From a virus (lineage: Duplodnaviria > Caudoviricetes), in IMG/VR virus record IMGVR_UViG_3300035532_000115, positions 1 through 46,706 of that record: 46,706 nucleotides of DNA, one strand, 5' to 3'. The translations under genes were made by a program, and so were the position numbers. Shown piece by piece: positions 39,148 to 46,706 of the stretch (positions within the stretch are counted from its first letter, which is position 1; the number at the start of each line of letters is the position of its first letter). Below the pieces are notes generated by a model. The model saw nothing but the letters and a program-made list of their open reading frames with translations. It was not told where the DNA came from and did no database searches.

Positions 39148-40311
39148 ATGACAATTAAAGGTATTCGATATACTGCTCCGCTACTAGATAATTCTGGATA
39201 TGCTAGGGCAGCACGTGGTAATGTATTGGCCCTCCATAAAGCCGGAATTCCACTCACACTAAATCCAATTTCATTTGAAAGCATCCACCCCGACTTAGGA
39301 AAAGATGATGAAGTAATTAATTCTTTAATAGATAAACAAATTGAATACGATTATAATATTATCCACTCTACCCCGGAGTTTTGGAGTCGTTACCTCGAAC
39401 CAGGTGTAAAAAATGTAGGTTATACTATTTGGGAGACTACTAAACTTCATCCAGATTGGCCCAAATATATCAATAATTCTGTTGATAAAGTACTTGTTGG
39501 TTGTGAGTGGAATAAACAAGTATTTGAAGATAGCGGTGTCACAATTCCTATTGGTGTAGTTCCTCACGGAATAAGTAAAAATGAATATAATGGTGTAGAT
39601 AAGTATGATATTGCTGGTATCAAAGATAGTGATTTTATGTTTTATAACATTTCTCAATTTACTGAACGTAAAAATTTACCAGCACTAATTAAAGCTTATT
39701 ATTATGCTTTTTCTGGTGTTGAAGATGTTGTTTTGGTTTTAAAGACTTATAGAAATGATTATAGTGATGCTGAGAAAAAAGTAATCCGTGACATACTTAA
39801 ACAATTGAAAATGGGTATGCCTATGGAACATCATCCTAAAATAATTTTAATTCCAAACATGCTTACAGAAGCTGAAATAGCTGCGATACATCAACGTGGG
39901 GATTGCTATGTTTCTTTAGATAGGGCCGAGGGATTTGGCCTATGTCCTTTTCAAGCAGGTGCTGCTGGCAATCCAATAATTGTAACTGGTTTTGGTGGCT
40001 CAACTGAATATGCTAAAGAAGATAATAGTTATTTAGTTAATTATCAACTTACTCCTGTATCCGGTATGTGGTGGTCTCCGTGGTATAGAGGTGACCAGTG
40101 CTGGGCACAGCCTGATGTAATTCATGGTGCTAAGTTTATGAAACAGGTGTATACAGATCGTGAAGTTGCGGTTAACAAAGGTAAAAAATTACAAAGTTTC
40201 ATTTATGAAAACTTTTCTTGGGAATGTATTGCTGAGAAATTTATTAAAGAGATTGAAGATATAGATGGTTATGCTAATAACAATAGAAAAAATTTCAACA
40301 ATGTTTGCTGA
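39148..40311 (+). CDS. GT-B glycosyltransferase (GT4-like)
   Basis: SGYARAAR, GYTIWET, VPHG, ERKN, EGFGL...A.AAG.PII.TG. Confidence 0.88.
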   Translation: MTIKGIRYTAPLLDNSGYARAARGNVLALHKAGIPLTLNPISFESIHPDLGKDDEVINSLIDKQIEYDYNIIHSTPEFWSRYLEPGVKNVGYTIWETTKLHPDWPKYINNSVDKVLVGCEWNKQVFEDSGVTIPIGVVPHGISKNEYNGVDKYDIAGIKDSDFMFYNISQFTERKNLPALIKAYYYAFSGVEDVVLVLKTYRNDYSDAEKKVIRDILKQLKMGMPMEHHPKIILIPNMLTEAEIAAIHQRGDCYVSLDRAEGFGLCPFQAGAAGNPIIVTGFGGSTEYAKEDNSYLVNYQLTPVSGMWWSPWYRGDQCWAQPDVIHGAKFMKQVYTDREVAVNKGKKLQSFIYENFSWECIAEKFIKEIEDIDGYANNNRKNFNNVC

Positions 40312-41677
40312 AGAGGGGTATGTTGTATTATCCAAAGAATATACATCTTCTAAGCAAAAAATAAAATATATATGTCCAAATGGTCATAAACACTCAATGC
40401 GTTTGGATCATTGGAGGAGAGGTATCAGGTGTCCGTATTGTTCAGGTAAATTTAAAAAATCTATAGAATATATAAAACCTTTTATTGAAAGTGAGGATTA
40501 TAGTTTATTATCTAAGCAATATAAAAATGCCAATACTAAGTTAACTATTAAATGTCCAAAAGGGCATATTTACAGAACTAGTTGGCACAATTGGCAATCT
40601 GGGGGCCATAGATGTCCAGTTTGTAATGGTGGTGTTAAAAAAGATGTTTTAGAGGTTAATACTGTTTTTGAAAATGAAGGTTATCAAGTAGTAGGTGAGT
40701 TTATTAATGCAAATACACCTATAAATGTTGTATGTCCTAATGGCCATGAATACTATGTTTCTATTAGTAATTTTGAAAGTAAAGGATCTATATGTCCGAA
40801 GTGTAGTGGTGTTGGAGTTTCTGCTGGCGAAATGCAGATACGTAGTTTTTTAGATAAGTTATATATAGATTATACAGCTAATGATAGAAATATAATAACC
40901 CCATATGAATTAGATATTTTTATTCCTTCTAAGAAAGTTGCAATTGAGTATTGCGGTTTATATTGGCATTCTGAACTTAATTATAAAGATAAAAGATATC
41001 ATATTAATAAATTAAATATGTGTCTTGATAAAAATATAAAATTAATTACTATTTTCGAAGATGAATTTTTATATAAAAAGGATTTAGTTTTTTCAAGGTT
41101 ATCTTCATTGTTAAATACTAATATGTTTAATAAAATATATGCTAGAAAATGTATTATAAAAGAGATAGGTGCTAAAGAAGCCAAGATTTTTTGTGAAAAA
41201 AATCATTTACAAGGTTATGGTGGTGTGGCAAAAATTAAACTTGGTGCTTTTTATAATAATATGTTGGTAGCTGTTATGACTTTTGCTAAAGAAAGTTCAG
41301 CAAAAGGTATAAAAAATTCAGAAAAATTTATTTGGAAATTGCATAGGTTTTGTTCTTTATCTTGTTATAGTGTGGTGGGTATAGCTTCTAAGTTTTTAAA
41401 ATATTTTGAAAATAAATTTACTTGGTCTTATATATTTTCTTTTTCCGATAGACGTTGGTCGGTTGGTAATTTATACGAGAATTTAGGTTTTGATTTTGAG
41501 TCTTTAACTGAACCTATTTATTGGTATATAAAAGGAAAACGTCGTATACATAGATTTTCTTTAAGAAAAAATAAAGAAGACATCCAAGAATTAACTGAAT
41601 GGGAAAATAGAAAGTTACAGGGATATGATAGAATTTGGGATTGTGGTAATTTAAAATATGTAAAGAAAAATAATTAA
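40265..41677 (+). CDS. Zinc-ribbon-repeat endonuclease with PD-(D/E)XK-like and C-terminal GNAT-like regions (Hef-like phage homing endonuclease type)
   Basis: Three CP-x-GH...CP-x-C repeats; ELDIFIP..KVAIEY.G.YWH; IYARKC...NHLQG...RFCS...DRRWS.G.LY..LGF...IWDCG. Confidence 0.75.
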   Translation: MVMLITIEKISTMFAEEGYVVLSKEYTSSKQKIKYICPNGHKHSMRLDHWRRGIRCPYCSGKFKKSIEYIKPFIESEDYSLLSKQYKNANTKLTIKCPKGHIYRTSWHNWQSGGHRCPVCNGGVKKDVLEVNTVFENEGYQVVGEFINANTPINVVCPNGHEYYVSISNFESKGSICPKCSGVGVSAGEMQIRSFLDKLYIDYTANDRNIITPYELDIFIPSKKVAIEYCGLYWHSELNYKDKRYHINKLNMCLDKNIKLITIFEDEFLYKKDLVFSRLSSLLNTNMFNKIYARKCIIKEIGAKEAKIFCEKNHLQGYGGVAKIKLGAFYNNMLVAVMTFAKESSAKGIKNSEKFIWKLHRFCSLSCYSVVGIASKFLKYFENKFTWSYIFSFSDRRWSVGNLYENLGFDFESLTEPIYWYIKGKRRIHRFSLRKNKEDIQELTEWENRKLQGYDRIWDCGNLKYVKKNN

Positions 41678-41727
41678 TTTTGTACCTGCTCTGTGCAAAC
41701 ATCAGGATTAAGTTTATATTAAATAGC

Positions 41728-41749
41728 CGCCCTACTTATTGGTGGGGCG
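41728..41749 (+). other. GC-rich intergenic hairpin
   Basis: CGCCCTAC-TTATTG-GTGGGGCG; no U-tract; lies just before an AAAGGA RBS. Confidence 0.45.
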
Positions 41750-41764
41750 TCTGAAAGGATATTA

Positions 41765-41930
41765 ATGAAAAAATATAATAATAGGGATGATTGTAAGTAT
41801 TACGACTATTGGTATACGCTCCTAGAGAGTATGGTGTTTTTGTAATCGTAATTATACTCCTACTGATGTAGAAAAATGTAGTAAATGTAAGTTTTATATT
41901 AAAAATGATAAAGATAAGGATAATTCATGA
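41765..41930 (+). pseudogene. Small Cys-rich gene interrupted by a frameshift (or a sequencing error)
   Basis: MKKYNNRDDCKYYDYWYTLLE in one frame continues as RVWCFCNRNYTPTDVEKCSKCKFYIKNDKDKDNS* in another. The latter ends in an ATGA overlap with the next gene; the junction is at AGAGAG (41824-29). Confidence 0.55.
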
Positions 41931-42703
41931 TTAAAACGATTACTTTTCCTGTGGGTTATAGGCCCAATTATTTAGTAGAATTTTTACAGACGCTTGGCCA
42001 GCAAGACTTGAGCGGTTATCAAATTATTGCAAGTGCTGAGAATTGTCCGCCATGTATAGATGTTTTAAAAAACTGTGGTTTTCCTATAACAATTTTATTA
42101 AAAGAAAATTCATCTGGAGTAAAATCACATTCAGGGGCCATAGCTAATATGTATAATGTTTTGAGTTATGCTTTTGATAAAGTTAAATCTGATTTTAATG
42201 TGCATATAGAAGATGATTTTTTATTAGCACCGGATGCCATTAATTTGGCTAATTGGTATTGTGAGAATTTTAAAAAAGAACCTTTGTCATATATTTCATA
42301 TGGCTTGTTTGGATTTAACCCTCGTGGCGAAGATTTTGCTGCCTTGGAAGAGGTGCCTTTTTTTGAAGGTTTGGGTTGGTGTACTTTTCAAGAAGGTTGG
42401 CAAAAATGCTATAGTAGAGCTTGGTTTGATAAAGAATTAGCGAAGAAATATTTTAATGCTCACGGTTGGGATTGGAATGTTCAGGCATTTTTTAAAGAAT
42501 ATAATTGTAAAGCTTTAAGGCCCTTGATAAATAGGACTCAACATAATGGTAGGCTGGATGGTACTTGTTGTACTGTACAACATCATGATACTCATTATAC
42601 CCCACTTAAATGGAATAAAACTGAGAAAGTTAAAGAATTTCATATAATAGGAAAAGATAACAATACAAAGGGGTGGATAAATAATGATACTGGAGAATAT
42701 TGA
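41927..42703 (+). CDS. GT-A glycosyltransferase, GT13 (GnT-I/MGAT1, POMGNT1)-like
   Basis: RPNYL, EDDFLLAPD, FFEGLGW, WDW and RPLINRTQHNG occur in the same order as the GT13 motifs. Confidence 0.75.
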   Translation: MIKTITFPVGYRPNYLVEFLQTLGQQDLSGYQIIASAENCPPCIDVLKNCGFPITILLKENSSGVKSHSGAIANMYNVLSYAFDKVKSDFNVHIEDDFLLAPDAINLANWYCENFKKEPLSYISYGLFGFNPRGEDFAALEEVPFFEGLGWCTFQEGWQKCYSRAWFDKELAKKYFNAHGWDWNVQAFFKEYNCKALRPLINRTQHNGRLDGTCCTVQHHDTHYTPLKWNKTEKVKEFHIIGKDNNTKGWINNDTGEY

Positions 42704-43253
42704 TTTTAGTGGATTTTTTAAACATATTGGTGGTATTTTTTCAAAACATTTTACTGAAGATCAGGTAGAAACGTTAATGGAGTTTGTAGATATTCTTTCT
42801 GATGCCAATTTTAGATGTTACAAAGCCAATATGATTGCTATAGCTGAGCGTAAAACTAAAACAGTCAGTACTGAATTAATTTCTGATTTAGAGTGGGTGG
42901 CAAGGAGTGTGGGGGAGTATAGAGTAGCATCAAAGGCCCGTATTAATAAATACATTTCTGATATAAAATCTATTAAAGAACCTACTACTGCAGAGTCGTG
43001 GATCACTGATGATATAGTTTATAGTATTGGTGAGATGATGGATAGACTTTCTATTGAGACTATTAAACGAGAAGATTTTAAGATTAATAATAGACCTGCA
43101 CATATGACTGAAGCATCACAAAAGACAAGTGATCGTGTTGAAAAATATCTTAAACAAAAACTTGAAGAAATAGATAATAAAGGTTTTTATGAATGCGTAC
43201 ATGAACAACGTACTTATGATTTGGAGAGGATAGTTAAGGAGCTAGCTATTTAA
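42684..43253 (+). CDS. Helical protein, DUF4254-like
   Basis: SIGEMMDRLSIETIK motif; located inside the glycosyltransferase cluster. Confidence 0.45.
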   Translation: MILENIDFSGFFKHIGGIFSKHFTEDQVETLMEFVDILSDANFRCYKANMIAIAERKTKTVSTELISDLEWVARSVGEYRVASKARINKYISDIKSIKEPTTAESWITDDIVYSIGEMMDRLSIETIKREDFKINNRPAHMTEASQKTSDRVEKYLKQKLEEIDNKGFYECVHEQRTYDLERIVKELAI

Positions 43254-44101
43254 TGAAAAAAATTCCTAAGATACTACATCTTTATTGGGATGGGAATCCA
43301 ATGTCTTTTCTACAATCCTTGACTGTGGTTTCTTTTCATAAATATAATCCTGACTGGAAGATTGTAGTGCATGTACCTGATGAAGAGTATAAAGGTCGTA
43401 TGCGTTTTAATTTTATTCCAGATTATGTTGGACAAGATTATTTTAATACAGTTTCTGACCTTGATTATGTGAATATTAATGTCATAGACTTAGCTCAGTT
43501 TAGTGTGCGTAAAGATGTGCATGGTATTTTACGTTCTGATATATTTCGATATAATATTTTATATAATGAGGGTGGGGTATGGTCCGATTTTGATGTTCTT
43601 TGGTTAAAGCCTGTAGAACATTTTGCTAACACTAATTATTTTGGTGATGTTGCAGCAGATGATATATCTGCTGTAGTGTCTTTTATTACTGGGGTTGGTG
43701 GTGGTCATAGTATAGGTATTTTAATGCATGCCAAGGAAGATCCTTATATAGGTTCTGTTATTGAATTAACTAAACGTGTAAAACCCCCTTTTAGTCATGA
43801 GGTTTTTGGTAGTGTTATGCTTAGTGCAGCCTATCCGACGTTAGATTCAATTAGATCTAAATACCCTAAAACTGTTGGCGCTCGTTTTGAAACTTATTAT
43901 CCATATAATATACATCCGCCCAATAAAACTATTCAAAATTTATATAGAGGTGTTAATTTAGAGCCTTTGTATGATAATAATGTATTGTGTTTACATTGGT
44001 ACAATGGGCATGTTTTGAGTAAGGCTTATATTAATAAGAATGGTATGAGTACAAATTGTACTATGACAGCTTTACTTAAAAGAGAGGGTTATATACAATG
44101 A
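43253..44101 (+). CDS. GT32-like (Och1/alpha-1,4-GT, DXD) glycosyltransferase
   Basis: IPKILHLYW; RSDIFRYNILYNEGGVWSDFDV; LHWY. Confidence 0.85.
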   Translation: MKKIPKILHLYWDGNPMSFLQSLTVVSFHKYNPDWKIVVHVPDEEYKGRMRFNFIPDYVGQDYFNTVSDLDYVNINVIDLAQFSVRKDVHGILRSDIFRYNILYNEGGVWSDFDVLWLKPVEHFANTNYFGDVAADDISAVVSFITGVGGGHSIGILMHAKEDPYIGSVIELTKRVKPPFSHEVFGSVMLSAAYPTLDSIRSKYPKTVGARFETYYPYNIHPPNKTIQNLYRGVNLEPLYDNNVLCLHWYNGHVLSKAYINKNGMSTNCTMTALLKREGYIQ

Positions 44102-44928
44102 AAATTTCAATAGTCATGGCTTATCATAACAGAAGACTACTGCTTACTAAAACTTTGGAGAGTTTGTGTAACACTAAAGTTAAAAATTTTGAAGTTATAA
44201 TTGTAGATGATGCTAGCGACGAAGACCAACGTATAGAGCATTTACAAAGTAGATTTGGTTTTCTTAAAGTTATTAGAATAGAGCCATCTAAAAAGTGGTG
44301 GCTAAATCCATGTATACCTAATAATATAGGATTTCATAAGGCAATGGGTGATGTTGTTATTATACAAAATCCAGAATGTTTACATGTGGGCGACGTGCTT
44401 TATCATGTGTATAATAATTGGAAACGTAATAGGTATCTTGTTTATAGTTGTTATGCAATAGATCAACAAAAGACTGAGCAGTTGTTGCCTTATTTAGGTA
44501 GTGATACAGAAGCTATACGTAGTGTAGTAGAGCCTACAAATAACATACCTTTGGATCAATGTCCTCATATGAATAGGTGGTATCAGCATAGTGAATATAG
44601 TCCACGATGTTTTAATTTTTGTACAGCTATTGGTAAAAAAGAGTTGGATTTTATGGGAGGCTTTGATGATGATTTTGCAGATGGTGTAGGTTATGATGAT
44701 ACTGAATTTATAGCTAGAATAAAAAATAGATATTTGGATATTATCATGGTAGATGAACCAATGGTTATACATCAGTGGCATCCATTTACAGATTACAGTG
44801 GTAAAAATTGGGATTTACATATGAAAAATAAAGCCATTTATGAGGGCAAGACCTTAGCTAATAGAGAATTTCAAGTTACTAATTTAAGAACTAAAGAGAT
44901 TCTTAGACAGTTTAAAATAATTATTTAG
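44098..44928 (+). CDS. GT2-type glycosyltransferase with a GT7-like C-terminal motif
   Basis: ISIVMAYHNR, EVIIVDDAS, GGFDDDF..G.GYDD, HQWH; the expected DXD position reads QNPE. Confidence 0.85.
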   Translation: MKISIVMAYHNRRLLLTKTLESLCNTKVKNFEVIIVDDASDEDQRIEHLQSRFGFLKVIRIEPSKKWWLNPCIPNNIGFHKAMGDVVIIQNPECLHVGDVLYHVYNNWKRNRYLVYSCYAIDQQKTEQLLPYLGSDTEAIRSVVEPTNNIPLDQCPHMNRWYQHSEYSPRCFNFCTAIGKKELDFMGGFDDDFADGVGYDDTEFIARIKNRYLDIIMVDEPMVIHQWHPFTDYSGKNWDLHMKNKAIYEGKTLANREFQVTNLRTKEILRQFKIII

Positions 44929-44950
44929 ATTTGGAGGTTCTAACTGCTTA

Positions 44951-44990
44951 TGAAAATCCGACAAAATCAAAAGAAATCGGTTAAAATCAC
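44951..44990 (+). repeat. Four 10-bp-phased direct repeats (putative TnpA-binding sites)
   Basis: tgaAAATCcg / acaAAATCaa / aagAAATCgg / ttaAAATCac. Confidence 0.7.
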
Positions 44991-45019
44991 TTGCTTTTTA
45001 ACCCAAAATGTAGTATATT
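44991..45019 (+). promoter_or_regulatory. Promoter of the IS operon
   Basis: TTGCTT (44991-96), N17, TATATT (45014-19), then an AGGAG RBS. Confidence 0.6.
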
Positions 45020-45032
45020 ATAGGAGTGAAAG

Positions 45033-45206
45033 ATGAAAGTAATCAAAGTAACGAAAGAGTATTTTCAGACAAAAGACGAGAAGGTTTATTTCTTCGAGCC
45101 TTTGGAAAAAGAAATATCTGTTGAGGATATGCAGAAGATTGTGGATGCAAACGAGAAATTAGTTAAGGAGTTGAAAGATGGGAATAAACGTACTGAGTCT
45201 GTTTGA
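45033..45206 (+). CDS. 57-aa IS-associated small protein (absent from the ORF track)
   Basis: AGGAG RBS; MKVIKVTKEYFQTKDEKVYFFEPLEKEISVEDMQKIVDANEKLVKELKDGNKRTESV. Confidence 0.65.
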   Translation: MKVIKVTKEYFQTKDEKVYFFEPLEKEISVEDMQKIVDANEKLVKELKDGNKRTESV

Positions 45207-46155
45207 TGGAATGAGTTGCGGACAAATTGCCCTCGATAAATTAGGGATTAAAGTAGATAATTACTTTGCTTCCGAAATTGACAAATATGCAATGCAGGTA
45301 ACTAAACACAATTACCCAAATACAAAGCACATTGGCGATGTAACACGAGTAAAAGGCAGTGATTTACCAAAGATTGATTTGTTGATAGGTGGAAGCCCTT
45401 GTCAAGGATTTAGTTTTGCTGGTAAACAACTGAACTTTGACGACCCAAGAAGTAAACTATTCTTTGAATTTGTTAGGCTACTGAAAGAAACAAAACCTAA
45501 ATACTTTCTTCTCGAAAATGTACTTATGAAAAAAAAGTATGAGCAAATAATTACAGACCATTTAGGCGTTGAACCAATATTTATAAATAGTGCTTTAGTT
45601 TCTGCTCAAAATAGAAAACGACTTTACTGGACTAATATACCAAACGTAGATGAACCAATCGACAAAGGAATACTTCTTCAAGACATTGTTGAAGATGGTG
45701 GTGTGCTTAAAGAGAAATCGCAAACTATTTTAAGTACAATTTATAAAGAAAACGCAAAAAGTATGGTTACAAGAAATAAGCAAGGATTACTTGTTGTTTG
45801 CGGTGCTATGCGTGGAAGATATGTTGTTGACGGTAAACGGCAAGACGGGAAAATGAAAGTTGCTGGACTAACCAAACAAAGAATAGAAGTAAGATATGAT
45901 GGAAAAACAAACGCATTAACTACTGTACAAAAAGACAATAATGTTGTTTATGAAGCTGACGGCAGACCACACTATGAAATTGACGGTATTAAGTTTAGAA
46001 AACTAACACCTTTAGAATGTGAAAGACTGCAAACCGTACCCGACAATTATACTTCTTGTGTAAGTAATACGCAACGATATAGAATGCTCGGTAATGGTTG
46101 GACAGTTGATGTAATTGCACATATTTTCAATGGTTTGCTTGATGAAAATCTATAA
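45178..46155 (+). CDS. DNA (cytosine-C5)-methyltransferase
   Basis: Motif I LSLFDGMSCG, IV GGSPCQGFS, VI LLENV, VIII QNRKRLYW, IX RKLTPLECERLQ, X LGNGW. Confidence 0.93.
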   Translation: MGINVLSLFDGMSCGQIALDKLGIKVDNYFASEIDKYAMQVTKHNYPNTKHIGDVTRVKGSDLPKIDLLIGGSPCQGFSFAGKQLNFDDPRSKLFFEFVRLLKETKPKYFLLENVLMKKKYEQIITDHLGVEPIFINSALVSAQNRKRLYWTNIPNVDEPIDKGILLQDIVEDGGVLKEKSQTILSTIYKENAKSMVTRNKQGLLVVCGAMRGRYVVDGKRQDGKMKVAGLTKQRIEVRYDGKTNALTTVQKDNNVVYEADGRPHYEIDGIKFRKLTPLECERLQTVPDNYTSCVSNTQRYRMLGNGWTVDVIAHIFNGLLDENL

Positions 46156-46705
46156 AATCACAGAAGCAAGTGAGTATTTGGGCGTATCAATCAATACGCT
46201 TAAAACACTTGCCAATAATAAAAAAATAAAATCTTTCAAGACTTCTGGTAGTCATAGACGTTTCAGGCAAGATGATTTAGATGCTTATATGGGAGTCGAG
46301 AAAGAGAAGCAAGAAAAGTTGACTGTGATTTACGCAAGGTGTTCAACAGCAAAACAGAAAGAGAATCTTGAACGGCAGAAAGACAGGTTAAGAAAACATG
46401 CTGAATCCAAAGGCTACAAGTATATGATGATTGATGAGATTGCCAGTGGGATAAACGAGAAACGAAACGGCATACACAAGTTAATTAAGATGTGTTTTGA
46501 AGGTAAAGTTGAGCGAGTGCTGATTGAATATAAAGATAGACTTGCCCGATTTGGTTATGAGTATCTTGATGCTATTTTTAAGAATCTTGAAATCACGGTT
46601 GAAGTCGTTGAGACAAAAGAAAAGAAATATGAAGAAGAATTAGCAGAGGATATTATGAAAATTCTCACCTGTTATTCTGCCCGTTTTTACGGAAGAAGAG
46701 GCGGA
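46142..46705 (+). CDS. tnpA: IS607-family transposase (MerR-like HTH plus serine recombinase); 3'-truncated and absent from the ORF track
   Basis: MKIYKITEASEYLGVSINTL...GSHRRF; IYARCST..QKENLERQ; DEIASGIN; EYKDRLARFG; ELAEDIMKILTCYSARFYGRR. Confidence 0.93.
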   Translation, partial: MKIYKITEASEYLGVSINTLKTLANNKKIKSFKTSGSHRRFRQDDLDAYMGVEKEKQEKLTVIYARCSTAKQKENLERQKDRLRKHAESKGYKYMMIDEIASGINEKRNGIHKLIKMCFEGKVERVLIEYKDRLARFGYEYLDAIFKNLEITVEVVETKEKKYEEELAEDIMKILTCYSARFYGRRGG

Positions 46706-46706
46706 A

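Larger units (their letters stand above)
44936..46706 (+). mobile_element. IS607-family element (left part; runs off the window) carrying a methyltransferase cargo gene
   Basis: GG dinucleotide at 44936-37, four phased AAATC repeats, a shift from T-rich to A-rich + strand, and an IS607 tnpA. The exact left end is inferred. Confidence 0.75.

Noticed and set aside
44936-45033. IStron (group I intron fused to IS607)
   Set aside because: Under 100 nt separate the inferred end from the first ORF, too short for a group I core, and the site is intergenic.
616-45938. Short minus-strand and nested alternative-frame ORFs in the track (e.g. 616..963, 21016..21312, 34911..35222, 39325..39657)
   Set aside because: All lie within or overlap long + strand genes and have no recognisable motifs; treated as shadow ORFs.
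37702-46155. 5mC to TET to glycosyl-hmC DNA hypermodification cluster (MTase next to GTs)
   Set aside because: No TET/JBP or hydroxymethylase gene seen, and the MTase lies inside a compositionally distinct IS. Not excluded for the rest of the genome.
1-46706. Stop-codon reassignment, as seen in some large phages
   Set aside because: Genes are long and intact in code 11, and TAA, TAG and TGA all terminate genes at tight junctions.
1-46706. tRNA, rRNA or riboswitch genes
   Set aside because: Intergenic gaps are short and AT-rich; no cloverleaf or recognisable aptamer was seen.

Overview
Low-GC (about 30% by eye) window in which every credible gene is on the + strand. It reads as part of a large dsDNA bacteriophage genome. 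(1) 1-25574: putative virion/tail module of very large, acidic, Tyr/Asn/Asp-rich proteins (over 1760 aa and 5'-truncated, 3170 aa, 900 aa and others) with LamG/ConA, discoidin-like, SPRY, beta-propeller-like and beta-helix-like segments. (2) 25817-37687: bacterial-like replication/recombination module (beta clamp, RecA, DnaB, DnaG, SSB, DnaJ, RuvC, RecB-like nuclease) with free-standing zinc-ribbon endonucleases, driven by a repeated TTGACA-N16-TATATT promoter. (3) 37702-44928: five glycosyltransferases from four families, including a GT13 (MGAT1/POMGNT1)-like enzyme, which suggests a phage-encoded glycan assembly line, possibly for virion glycoproteins. (4) about 44936 to the end: left part of an IS607-family element with four 10-bp-phased end repeats, a 57-aa ORF and a truncated serine-recombinase tnpA. 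A C5-cytosine methyltransferase appears to have been inserted precisely at the tnpA start codon as cargo. All family calls come from motif recognition by eye; no database search was run.
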